DNA of 64,000 bases from an uncultured delta proteobacterium (GCA_963847445.1 CAWJZV010000025.1:96001-160000), one strand, 5' to 3'; positions 45,477-55,422 are shown, counted from the stretch's first letter. The notes: generated by a model from the letters alone, not told the origin. Translations and numbers: made by a program.

Positions 45477-45492
45477 CGCAATCCTGGTGCCT
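45477..45492 (-). promoter_or_regulatory. sigma54 promoter
   Basis: Minus strand AGGCACCAGGATTGCG. Confidence 0.75.
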
Positions 45493-45542
45493 CGCGGCCA
45501 GGGCAATTTCTCCGAGCCATTGACGATAGCAGCTGATCACAC

Positions 45543-45589
45543 TTGTCATTTCCGCGACGACGGCTGGCGGCGTTTCTCAGGGTTGCAAA
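45543..45589. promoter_or_regulatory. Tandem UAS pair, 31-bp spacing
   Basis: TTGTCATTTCCGCGAC (45543) and TTCTCAGGGTTGCAAA (45574). Confidence 0.7.
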
Positions 45590-45649
45590 TCGCTGGCGTC
45601 GATAGCGGGGCGCACCGGTTACTACCAGGCAATCCTCAATAAAGCCGGC

Positions 45650-45665
45650 TGGTTCGTCCTTTGCT
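45650..45665 (+). promoter_or_regulatory. sigma54 promoter of ferritin-like gene
   Basis: TGGTTCGTCCTTTGCT (GG-N10-GC). Confidence 0.7.
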
Positions 45666-45723
45666 AACTCTCTTAGTGCGAGACGATGTTGTGAGCGACC
45701 GCAATGCAGAAAGGGCGATTCCT

Positions 45724-46212
45724 ATGACTTATGAAAAGAGCTGGTCGGATTGGTGGCGGCAGTTTCTCGGTGTCTCTGCCGGGGGTTACGACCACGTTGT
45801 CAAGATTCTTTGCGCCCGTTACGTGGAAGAGATGCAGCATGTGCAGCGCTATACCGAGCACGCCGAACGCATGCAGTATCCGCAGTTTCGCGAGAAACTC
45901 TTGCGCATCGCCGCGGATGAGGCGCGCCACGCCGAGTGGCTGGCGGAAAAGATCACACTCTTTGGCGGCAAGATTCCCAACGTGCCGAAAGAGCCGCCGA
46001 CGACGAAAAACAGCTGGCAATATTTACTGGGCGATCTCGAAGAAGAAAAGCACTGCTCGGACGATCTGATTGAAGTAATGCAGACCGTCCGCAACGAGCT
46101 CCCGGATATCGCCGCGATGCTCGAACGGATCTACGAAGACAGCGAAAGACATCGCAGCGAGATTCGCGGCATGCTGATGCGCAGCGACCCGCAGTCGATC
46201 TGGCCGGCGTGA
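45724..46212 (+). CDS. Ferritin-like di-iron domain protein
   Basis: ExxH motifs EEMQH, DEARHAEWL, EEEKH, SERH. Confidence 0.85.
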   Translation: MTYEKSWSDWWRQFLGVSAGGYDHVVKILCARYVEEMQHVQRYTEHAERMQYPQFREKLLRIAADEARHAEWLAEKITLFGGKIPNVPKEPPTTKNSWQYLLGDLEEEKHCSDDLIEVMQTVRNELPDIAAMLERIYEDSERHRSEIRGMLMRSDPQSIWPA

Positions 46213-46559
46213 GCAGAAGGATTTGGCCGCAAAGAGCGCAGCGTCGGCACAGCTGCAACCAAGAGAAGAGTGTCGCAACGGGAATTGGTCACAACTGACA
46301 CGAAGGCGCGGAAGTTCTACACCGAGTTCGGAAGTTTATCGTTCACTCGCAAAACTCTGTTGGCATCTCGCAGTATCTGCGGGTCCGATGGCTGCAAGCG
46401 CAGTGCAGTGCATCCTAGAACCGATCTTAGCTGCAGAGGTTTGCCAGCGATCACGGCATCAACCTCCCTGAATTGACACCCTTCGTTTCGCCAGACTTCA
46501 GCTGGCGGCAAGACGCGAGGTCCATTCCGCTACTCGGATAGAGCCACCAGGTTCATCGC

Positions 46560-46965
46560 ATCGCAGGCAAGCGCGCTCAATGATGCCATCGCTAGGTCCG
46601 AGCGAGAGCAGTGATGCGCTCGCCAGATGCCGAGAGAATCGCCGATCACATGTTCGCGAACGCTCCTACGCATCGCGGCAAGATGCGTGCATCGCCGATC
46701 CATGACGAACATGAGTGACTGCGAGCTCCCGACGCTGAGTCGATATGCACAGCCACGCCGAACTTGGCGTATTTGCGCCTTGGCGAGAGGAATTGCCGGA
46801 ATCGGAGAATCGAATCAGGAAACCCGGAATATAGAGCCGACTTCCCGGACATCGTCAGGTTGCTCGATCGGATCGAGGCGGACGCCGAAAAAAATTGCGC
46901 AGGAAATCCGCGCGCTGCTGTTGACGGCGCGACTACCCGGTCGCCCGGGCAGCTTAGTCGCGTGA
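46560..46965 (+). pseudogene. Degenerate paralogue of the ferritin-like gene; boundaries approximate
   Basis: RADFPDIVRLLDRIEADAEK..QEIRALLL parallels RNELPDIAAMLERIYEDSER..SEIRGMLM; broken frames. Confidence 0.5.
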
Positions 46966-47018
46966 ATGGCTGCTTGGAAGATGGGGCAGTTTTCGGCGCC
47001 GTCCTTTTCCCGGTCTTG

Positions 47019-47694
47019 TTAGCTTGGTCTTTTGCCGCCGAGGTGGCGCTTGAACCAATTGCGCAGCCAGTCGCGCCACTTCATGCAAAGTCCCGGGCTC
47101 CTCAAACAGATGGGTCGCTCCCTCGACGATCGCCAGATGTTTTTCAGCTTGAGTATTTTCATAAGCCTGCCTATTCAGTTCGATGACGACATCGTCCAGA
47201 CTGCCGACGATGAGTAAAGTCGGTGCTTGCACATTGGCCAGGGCGGGCAGCGCCAGATCCGGCCGGCCGCCGCGCGAGACCACGGCGCCAATGGCCGAGC
47301 CCAAGGTCGCCGCGGCATTGAGCGCCGCCGCCGCGCCGGTGCTAGCGCCGAAGTAACCGACATCGAGGGCGGAGCAACGCGGTTGCTCCATCACCCACTG
47401 AGTCGCGCGTTCAAGACGCCAGGTCAGCAGATCGATATCGAAGCGATTCCCGTAGGTGATGTCTTCCTGTTTGGTGAGCAGGTCCATGAGCAAGGTGGCG
47501 ATTCCCGACTCGTGCAGATTGTTCGCGACGAAAGTGTTTCTTGGGCTCAGCCGGCTACTGCCGCTGCCATGGGCGAACAGCACCACGCCCTTGGCGTGGC
47601 GCGGGACCACGAGCATGCCTTCGAGTTCGATGCCATTCACGGGTATCTTGACCAGTGCGTCAAAGTGGCTTTTCTCAAGCGCCAAGCTATTCAT
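47019..47694 (-). CDS. Dienelactone-hydrolase-family alpha/beta hydrolase
   Basis: FAHGSGSSRLSPRN, GYFGASTG, VSRGGRPDLA, GATHLFEEPG; 3' frameshift. Confidence 0.92.
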
Positions 47695-47713
47695 GGTCTC
47701 CTCCGGGTTGACC

Positions 47714-48223
47714 TCAGTGAAGAAGGTGATGCGCCTCGTGGTGGGCGATTTCGGCGATTTTATGGAAAAGTTCGTGGGCGTCGTCTTCGCTGAGGTGGTT
47801 ATCCAGTATGGGCAAATAAATCTCCTCCTCTTTAGCGAAGTGAAGCTTCACTACGCTGTAAAGGCCATAGAGCACCCGCCGCAATTCCGTCGCGGTGACC
47901 CTGTCGAAGTCAGGCTGAAAAATGCGCGAGCGCAAGATTCTAAGTTGTTCCGTCAGGCGGCTTACTTCGACGTGATCCCGGCTCATGGGGGTCGTCGCTT
48001 GCGGTGTGCCCAAAGCCTTGCCGACCGCAGGATACAGCACCGCTTCGTCCGCCGCGGCATGGGGAATCAGACTATGCGCAAGAAAGTCGTAGACCTCGTC
48101 AATGCTCCGTTGCAGATGGTCGCGCGAGAATTCACCGACGCAATCCGCGACCACACGAAGCTTTTCGATCTGTGGCAACATGAGATGATGTTTCTCTCGG
48201 AAAGGCTCTGTGACATCGGACAT
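47714..48223 (-). CDS. Hemerythrin-domain protein
   Basis: EKH, HAAADE..LYP, DHVE, HFAKEEEIYLP. Confidence 0.88.
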   Translation of the reverse strand: MSDVTEPFREKHHLMLPQIEKLRVVADCVGEFSRDHLQRSIDEVYDFLAHSLIPHAAADEAVLYPAVGKALGTPQATTPMSRDHVEVSRLTEQLRILRSRIFQPDFDRVTATELRRVLYGLYSVVKLHFAKEEEIYLPILDNHLSEDDAHELFHKIAEIAHHEAHHLLH

Positions 48224-48275
48224 GATCGACCTCCTTCGTTCAACCCTAATGGCGTGCTCTTCGATCGGCTTGGAG

Positions 48276-48705
48276 CTAGGCGTTGCCCCGCGGAAACTCT
48301 TCGGAGATCACTTTGCCGATATCGCGCCATCTCGTCGCCCAACTGGGCGATCAAATCGTCGAGCGTAACGATGCCCAAGGTGGTGTCGAAGCCATTGACG
48401 ATCGGTACGCGCCGGACATGGTAGGCATGCATCAGCGCGGTCAAATGATGCAGATCTTTATCGACCGAGATGCGAATCGGATCCGGCGTCATGATGTCTT
48501 TGACGGCGGTCTTGTCCGGATCGCGCTTGGCCCCGGCGACCCGCAGGGCGATGTCGCGGTCGGTGACGATGCCGCAGAGTTTGCCGTTCTCCTCAGCGAC
48601 CAGAGAGCCGACGTTGTTTTGCTCCATTAAGTGACAGGCTTCGGTGATGTTGGTATCGGGCGCGACTTTGATCAGCGGTTTACGACAGTAGGTTTGTAGC
48701 GACAT
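48276..48705 (-). CDS. CBS-pair protein
   Basis: NVGSLV..GIVTDRDI..IMTPDP..VRRVPIV..GIVTLDDL; 3' frameshift. Confidence 0.92.
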
Positions 48706-48727
48706 GATTTCCTCCTGACGCTTGTGG

Positions 48728-48766
48728 GTTCAAACCGTTCAAGTAGTTCAAAACGTTCAAGTCGTT
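48728..48766. repeat. 9-bp tandem repeat GTTCAANNN x4
   Basis: GTTCAAACC GTTCAAGTA GTTCAAAAC GTTCAAGTC GTT. Confidence 0.85.
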
Positions 48767-48780
48767 AGCACTGCAGATCT

Positions 48781-49394
48781 TTAGCCGCCGATTTTATGAA
48801 CGCCCAACACGTTGAAGCCGCTGCTGCGCAGGGCTTTGGCGATGGTATCCGGGTCGCCGGCGAGCAGGCGGAGATAGCACAGCGGATTGTCGCCGAGATT
48901 TCTCGCGATAGGTGCCGACGCCTAGGATTTCACCGCCTTCGCGGGCGACGATGCGGGTGGCTTGGTTGAAGCCATGCTCTTCGCCTTCAAGGACAAAATC
49001 GATGCGCGTGCTGCCGCCGTGCGAGGCGCCCATCACGTCGAGAAAAGCCCGCATGATATCGCTTGTCGTAATCATGCCGACCAAACGCCCGTCGGCGACC
49101 ACCGGCAGGCCGCCGATCTGCCGTTCCAGCATGATCTGCGCGGCCTCTTCGATGGTGGTCGCCGGCGTCACGGTGACCGGTCTTTCAGTCATGATGCCGC
49201 TGATTTTGACCTGTTCCAGATGGCCGCGGTGCTCGCGCAGATCGCGATCGCTGACGATGCCGACGAGTTTGCCGTCGCTCACCACCGGCAGGCGGCGAAA
49301 GCCGCCGGCTTGCATCTTATGCGCGGCGCGGATCGATAAATCCTCCGGTTCGACGGTGAATCGGTTCCTTGGTCATGCGGTTGCCAACAATCAT
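48781..49394 (-). CDS. CBS + ACT domain protein (AcuB-like; frameshifted)
   Basis: FRRLPVV..GIVSDRDL..IGGLPVV..ITTSDIMRAF followed by ACT-like tail. Confidence 0.85.
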
Positions 49395-49413
49395 AATTCG
49401 GCTCCTTCCGGGT

Positions 49414-49850
49414 TCAGCGTCTGGCCAGCTCGCGGAGCAAATCGGTCCGCGTCACCAGGCCAAGTAGTTTTTCACCGTCGCACCACCAACAAGGCTTCGA
49501 TGCCTCTTTCGACCATGGTTTCGGCGGCGGCACGGATCGAAGTGTCCGGACGGACGGTGGTTGCCGCTTTCATGATATCTTTGATCGCAACCGCGCCGAG
49601 AGCTTCGCGCGGCGAGTCTTTGGGATGGCGCACCAAGGACGCCATCGAGGCATGCAGCAGGTCGTCGTGATTGACGATGCCGGCGACCCGGTCGCCGTCG
49701 AGGACCGGAAAGTGGCGCACCTGTGCCAGGTTGAGCATGTCGTCGGCCAAACGCAGGGTGTCGTTGAGCTTCAAAGTCAGTAGATCCGTGCTCATCACGT
49801 CGGCGACGGTTCTATCGGCGACTTGCCGTCGTGGTCGGTCCGTTCATCAT
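49414..49850 (-). CDS. CBS-pair protein (frameshifted)
   Basis: VADVMST..VRHFPVL..GIVNHDDL..KDIM. Confidence 0.85.
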
Positions 49851-49860
49851 AATCGCCTCA

Positions 49861-50034
49861 TCAGCTTTTCTTCGAGGTTTTTACTTGCACCATGGATATC
49901 GCTCTGACCACTCGGGTGCTGCCGCAGGACGGACATTTTTGCGTCTTCTTGACCTTGCGGTCGTACTCCGCCAGCGACCAAACTAGCTCGAACAACTTCG
50001 AGCACTTCTCGCAGCGAAACTCATAGGTTGGCAT
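49861..50034 (-). CDS. FmdB-family zinc-ribbon protein (57 aa)
   Basis: MPTYEFRCEKC..CPSCGS; GGAGG RBS; absent from ORF track. Confidence 0.9.
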   Translation of the reverse strand: MPTYEFRCEKCSKLFELVWSLAEYDRKVKKTQKCPSCGSTRVVRAISMVQVKTSKKS

Positions 50035-50052
50035 TGCCGTTCCTCCCGCTTT

Positions 50053-50825
50053 TCACCATTTGACCGCGATCTTGTTGACGACTTCGCGAACCCCGAGGAC
50101 GTACCAAGCATCGCGCTCGGCCATCCGCCTCATGGTTTCGTTAGGTACCAAGCCCTCCAATGTGACGACACCATCTTTGCTCGTGACCCGCGTCTTGGTG
50201 GCATTGACGAAGGGGTCTTTTGCCAAAGCCAGACGTACTGCGTCGGTGAGTTCGTCGTCGTTGTCTTGCTGCGCCGGCACCTCCGCCAAACCATTGATCA
50301 CGTCACGACATCCCGCAACCCACCAGGCGAGCACGCCGGCGAGGCGCTTGTGGGAGAGGCTCGGTACTTCGCCGTTGAGCGTGACCACGCCATCGCGGAC
50401 TTCGACCACGATGGTGCCGATGGGCTCCGGGATACGCGCCACGATGAGGTTAGCAATTGTTTCGGCAGCCGGCTGTGCAGCAAGCAACGCTCCAGCGCCG
50501 GTTCTTCGAGCAACGCTTTGATCACATGATCGCACAGTTGAGCGTCACTCATGAATTCTGCCGGCTTTACTCTCAACCGATCGACGATAGCCGTCCCGGG
50601 CGCGATCGCCGCGGCCAATTCGAGAGCGACCTTTTTCGCGGCGATATCTTCCAGCTCGCCGGTGAGCACGAGATCGTTGCCGGCAAACGCCAGGGTTATC
50701 GGATAGCGATGCAGATCGATCCGGCTATTCTTTTCGAGCGCTGCGCGGAGACGGTCGATGGTTTTGCCACGCTTGATTGCTGGCTCACCGGATTGTTGGC
50801 TCGCTGACCCGGCCTCGGTGAACAT
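50053..50825 (-). CDS. Triple BON-domain protein (frameshifted)
   Basis: LVLTGEL..VDRL; DGVVTLNGEV..DVINGL; DGVVTLEG..VREVVNKI. Confidence 0.88.
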
Positions 50826-50852
50826 TTCTCGCTTTCCTCCACAGAGAGACTG

Positions 50853-50868
50853 TGCAGGACCCATGCCA
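50853..50868 (-). promoter_or_regulatory. sigma54 promoter of BON/CBS/hemerythrin/DLH operon
   Basis: Minus strand TGGCATGGGTCCTGCA. Confidence 0.7.
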
Positions 50869-50966
50869 TGGGAACTTGACGATGGGGCTAATTACTGTCC
50901 TTGAGAACTTTCGTGCCTCACGCAAATTGTCCGGAGTCGAAGACTCGCGGATTCGAACATTCCTCC

Positions 50967-51125
50967 CGCCAAGGCGCAAAGACGTTAAGTGAAAGGCTGC
51001 GCCCGTCATTCCGAGCCGAGACGAGGAATCGAGAAAGATTTCTCGCTTCGGTCGAAATGACAATCAACTCATTCCTTTGCGCCTTGGCGTCCCTTCGACT
51101 TTGCTCAGGACATGCTTTGCGGGAG
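50967..51125. repeat. Nested REP-like elements
   Basis: Perfect 15-bp IR CGCCAAGGCGCAAAG (50967)/CTTTGCGCCTTGGCG (51075) enclosing GTCATTCCGAG...CGAAATGAC (51005..51061); then CCCTTCGACTTTGCTCAGGAC. Confidence 0.8.
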
Positions 51126-51201
51126 ATCTTCCGGTTTTCGCTTGTGTCGGCGCCGCGCCGGTCGTCAGAAATGAGAATCTTCGGCATCACTGTTTGCGCT
51201 G

Positions 51202-51579
51202 ATGGGAAATTTGCGCGGGCACTTGATGTTGGATAGCCGCTCGTTCGGCAATATAGCTCCCTCACGAAGCTGGCCCATGATCTTCGACGCACTGCGCCGT
51301 CATATCGCCCAGCAGCAGCCCGAGCGGTTGCGCGAGGTCGTCGATTTATCGATCAAGGACCGCGTGCGGCTGTGGCGATTGCCGAACACGGTTCATGAAA
51401 AATCACAGCTCTATAAAATCAGTCTGACGCATTTGGATCTGAAGAATCTCAATGCCGATGAGATTCGCGATAGTTGTCACGATGCCGTGCTCAGACGCTA
51501 CTGTCCCCTGGCGAACGACGCAGCTTGCCAAGCGTTTGTCGCAAGTAAAGCCGCGCCGCATCGCCAATCCGGTCGTTGA
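51202..51579 (+). pseudogene. Fragment of an archaeo-eukaryotic primase-like gene
   Basis: GHLMLD..FG..VDLSIKDRVRLWRLPNTVHEKSQLYK resembles AEP motif II/III and the RLPNxxHxKSxLYK region; lacks N-terminus. Confidence 0.45.
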
Positions 51580-51607
51580 CCAGTTCTCAGGATCCCGCCG
51601 CAAGAAT

Positions 51608-51718
51608 CTAGCTAGCCTTACCGTTTGGCCGCGGCCCTTTTGTGGCGAGGATGACGTGCATGATCAAGGTCAGGACGACGATCAGTACCAAGATAAACAG
51701 TTCGCTTTCGTTTGCCAT
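51608..51718 (-). CDS. 36-aa single-TM small protein MANESELFILVLIVVLTLIMHVILATKGPRPNGKAS
   Basis: GGAGG RBS; own sigma54 promoter 54 bp upstream. Confidence 0.7.
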   Translation of the reverse strand: MANESELFILVLIVVLTLIMHVILATKGPRPNGKAS

Positions 51719-51771
51719 AACTACCTCCGGTTTAAAACCACCGGTATTAACACTGCTGCTCAATTTATAGT

Positions 51772-51787
51772 CGCAAACTCGATGCCA
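51772..51787 (-). promoter_or_regulatory. sigma54 promoter
   Basis: Minus strand TGGCATCGAGTTTGCG. Confidence 0.75.
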
Positions 51788-51794
51788 GCCGCGT

Positions 51795-52202
51795 TTAAGT
51801 CTTGATCTGCGATCGACCGGTGAGGAATCGTTGGATCCACTGATTCACATCGGCAAATTCTAATGGTTTAACGAGATATGCTTGGGCGCCGAGGCGTTGC
51901 GCTTCGCGGCCGTTGGCGACGGCGCCGTAGCGCACCATGCCGAGAATCAATGAATTCGGCAGTTGGCTGCGCGCCTGTTTGACGATGGTGGCCCAGGAAG
52001 GCATTTCCAGATCGGAAAGGATGACTTTGATACTCGGATCGCGGTTAAGCTGAATCAACGCCGTGCCGCTGTCGGCAGCTTCGACGACGTGGTAACCCTC
52101 TTCGCGCAGGAGATCGCTCAAGCTCGTCCGTGAAGTTGGCTCTCTTTCCGCGACGAGAATCCAGGGTGCTACCGTTTGATTTCTCGCTGTGCCATCATCC
52201 AT
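51795..52202 (-). CDS. Atypical single-domain response regulator
   Basis: WILVAERE, VILSDLEMP, YLVKP. Confidence 0.85.
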   Translation of the reverse strand: MDDGTARNQTVAPWILVAEREPTSRTSLSDLLREEGYHVVEAADSGTALIQLNRDPSIKVILSDLEMPSWATIVKQARSQLPNSLILGMVRYGAVANGREAQRLGAQAYLVKPLEFADVNQWIQRFLTGRSQIKT

Positions 52203-52285
52203 TCTCGACTGTGGGAAAATAAACTGCTTTAGATTCCCACTTCTCCTAACGTTAGTTGCGTTAAACCGCTGTCGTTGCACAATGG

Positions 52286-52301
52286 AGCAAGATTGGGTCC
52301 A
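52286..52301 (-). promoter_or_regulatory. sigma54 promoter of receiver gene
   Basis: Minus strand TGGACCCAATCTTGCT. Confidence 0.6.
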
Positions 52302-52327
52302 TTGCGATCAGGTTGGTCCGTTGGCCT

Positions 52328-52343
52328 TGGCAAGAAGAATGCG
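52328..52343 (+). promoter_or_regulatory. sigma54 promoter of cytochrome lipoprotein
   Basis: TGGCAAGAAGAATGCG. Confidence 0.6.
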
Positions 52344-52391
52344 TAGTGCACTTGATGGAGGTGGTTATCTGATGAAATCCGGGAGGCGGCA

Positions 52392-52818
52392 GTGAGTTAT
52401 CGTTTAATGTTGGCAATGGTGATTGCCGTGCAATTGTCAGGCTGCTCTGACCTGGCCCGCTGGGTGCGCCAGTTTACCTATCCGCCTGAGTTCCGCTATG
52501 TCGAACGCGATGAAGTGCGCGGCACCATGCGCGTGCTGGCGGCTCATGCGCGCGAAGTCAATCAATTGATTGCGCCAAGACGACGCGCCGCAGGAGCATC
52601 GCGCCGAGATCGTCGAGCACCTGCGCGCCATGGAACAGGCGGCGGAGAAGCTCGACCAGTCGGGCTGGCCGACCAACCATCCGCAGGTCGATATGAATCT
52701 ACCGACGTTTCGGCGCGATCTAAAGTTTGCCCGCGAAGCCATCGAGCACGAGCCGCCGAATTATCTCCTCGCCGGTCCAGTGACCGGCGCATGCGTCAGG
52801 TGTCATGGCGCCAAGTGA
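52392..52818 (+). CDS. Cytochrome c'-like lipoprotein (C-terminal CxxCH; frameshifted)
   Basis: Lipobox LSGC; helical body; GACVRCHGAK at C-terminus. Confidence 0.78.
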
Positions 52819-52860
52819 TTCCAAGTCTTTAGTTCCGATGCCACTGACCTGTGATTCTTG

Positions 52861-52907
52861 TTTTCAGCGACGAGAATGGGTTTGTATTCATTTCGCGACA
52901 GTGCGAA
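52861..52907. promoter_or_regulatory. Tandem UAS pair, 31-bp spacing, before kinase
   Basis: TTTTCAGCGACGAGAA (52861) and TTCGCGACAGTGCGAA (52892). Confidence 0.7.
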
Positions 52908-52916
52908 ATATATCGC

Positions 52917-55327
52917 GTGGCGCAGATCGACTCCCCCAACCACCATCCGACGAAGAGCTTACCTGGCGACTCCGAGGCGCAAAGCTTTGGCAGTCGCGCT
53001 GCTTGTCCTCGTTGCGCTTATGGGAGTCTGGTGGGGCGCTCATGTCCGGTATCGCAACATGCTGCTCACCGAACTTCGCGGCGATGTGTTGGCTGAGCTT
53101 GATCCATACGGCAACGCGCTGACTATCGATCTGCGGCGACGCTTCGATTTGATCTATGGGTTGCGCGGCTGGGTGATAACCAATTCTTCGACGACGGAAC
53201 TCGGCGCCAATTTCGAGACCTTCGCCCGCCAGCTTAGCGAAGGCATCGGCTGGCGTACGCAACTTTAGTCGTCGCGCCGGCGGGGTGGTGCGATTCGTTT
53301 ATCCACGAGCCGGCAACGAGGCGATCCTCGGACGTGATCTTGGTCAACGATCCCCGCGCAGAAGTCCGCGCGGACGCGTCGCGGGCGATGCAATCGGGCA
53401 AGATCGTCATTAGCGGTCCATATGAATTGATAGTCGGCGGCTTTGGCGCAGTAGCGCGATTGGCGATTTTTCGCGAAGAGAAGTTTTGGGGTCATGGTCA
53501 ATGTCACTCTCGACCTGCCGCCGATCTTGGCGGAGGCGGGGATAACTTCTCAAAAAAATTTACAATTGGCGCTGCGCGATGGCCGCGGCCGGGTGTTATT
53601 CGGAGCACCGGCCGTCTTCGATTCTCATCCGGTTATCCATCGCGATCGAATTGCCGGACGGCCACTGGGAACTCGCGGCGATTCCGATTGACGGGTGGAG
53701 CGGCGCCATTCGTCGCGATTTAGCGATATTCGACAGCGGCGCGCTCGCCAGTGCGCTGCTCCTCAGCGCGATCGCCTATTTACTGTCTTTTCGCGATGCG
53801 CGCCTGGCCTTGCGTGTGGCGGAGGGAACCCGCGCGCTTACGAGCTGAGCTCCAGCACCGAACAACCGTTGAAACGGAACTCAGAGCGGCGCGGTCGCGC
53901 TATCAAACTCTCGTCGAGGTCAACCCGGACGCGATGCTGGTTAACTTCAATAAAAAAATTGTCTACGCCAACGACGCGGCGGCCCGTCTGCTCGGCGCGG
54001 CTTCTCCGGAGGATCTACTTGGCCGCTCACCGTTCGAGTTCGTCGAACCGGAACGAAGAGCCGAAGTCGAACAGCGCTACGAGCGGGCAATGGCCTCGGG
54101 CCAGCCCAACCCGCCGAGTATTCAACGCCGGGTCCGTCTCGACGGTTCGTTTGTCTATGCCGAGACCGTCGCCGCGCCGCTGGCGTGGGATGACGGCACA
54201 GCGGTCCAAGTGATCATGCGCGACGTCACCGAACAGCGGCGCGCCGAAGCCTGGGTGCGCAGTCTGATCGATACCACCCAAGACGCGGTGGTGTCCATCG
54301 ATCGGCAGGCGCGAATCGTCCTGTTCAATCCTGCGGCGCAACGAATCTTCGGCTATCGGCCGGAAGAGGTTGTCGGTCAGAAAGTCAACATGCTCATGCC
54401 CGAACCCTACACCTCGGAGCATGATGGCTACATCGAACGGTACGAACGGACCGGCGAAGCTCATGCCATCGGCCGCATCCGCACGGTAACCGCGAAGCGC
54501 AAAAACGGCGAAACCTTTCCGATCGAATTATCGGTGGCGAAGATTACCAGCGACCAGGAAGCTCAATACGGCGCGTTCATCCGCGATATTTCCGATAAGG
54601 TGAGATTGCAACAACAAGCCATCGAAAGCGATCGCTTGGCGACCATCGGCACCATGGCGGCGAAGTTTGGCCATGAGCTCGGTAATCCACTGAACGGGAT
54701 GTCGTTGACCGTTCAGCTTTTGGAGCAACGGCTGAGAAAACAATCGCCGACCCTCGACGAGCAGGCAACTTCAACCCTGGCGCGCTTGAAGACTGAAATA
54801 TCCCGGCTCAACACGCTGCTGCAAGATTTTCGTTCGTTGTCGCGCAAGGAGACCTACAATTTTGAGCCCGCCCAATTGGCCGAACTCGTCGCCGAGGCGA
54901 TCGAGATCGAGTTGCCGGAATATGCCGAACGGGGTGTGAAGGTCGAAGCGCAATTCGCCCCGGACCTGCCGAAAGTACGCGTCGATATCGACAAGATGAA
55001 ACAGGTGATTTTAAACCTGGCCAAGAACGCCGTCGAGGCGATGCCCAACGGCGGCAAACTTTTGTTCACCGGATCGGCCGACAAGGCGGCGGTGATTTTG
55101 GAAGTTACCGACAGCGGTGCGGGTATCCGGCCGAGGTCGATGTCTTCGAGCCGTTCTTTACGACAAAGTCCTTCGGCACCGGTATCGGCATGACCATCGT
55201 CCGGCAAATCCTCGCCGCCCATGGTGGCAGCATCAGTTACAAGAGCGAAGTGGGCAAGGGCACGACATTTACGGTCCGATTGCCGCTGGCCGATGACGGC
55301 AATCCCACAAGCCGCGCTGGCCTGTGA
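52917..55327 (+). CDS. CHASE-PAS-PAS(FixL-type heme)-HisKA sensor kinase (several frameshifts; start approximate)
   Basis: TM, CHASE-like ISGPYELIVGGFGAVARLAIF, TM, PAS, MPEPYTSEHDGYIERYERTGEAHAIGRIRTV, GHELGNPL, NLAKNAVEAM, FFTTKSFGTGIG. Confidence 0.9.
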
Positions 55328-55377
55328 TTTGCTGAAATCTTTGCTCAAGAAAGGATCGCGCAGGTGAACGCCTATTC

Positions 55378-55422
55378 TTTGCAAATTTGCGAAACATGAC
55401 GGCGATTTTGCACTTGTGCGAA
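55378..55422. promoter_or_regulatory. Tandem UAS-like pair (29-bp spacing) before regulator
   Basis: TTTGCAAATTTGCGAA (55378) and TTTGCACTTGTGCGAA (55407). Confidence 0.65.
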
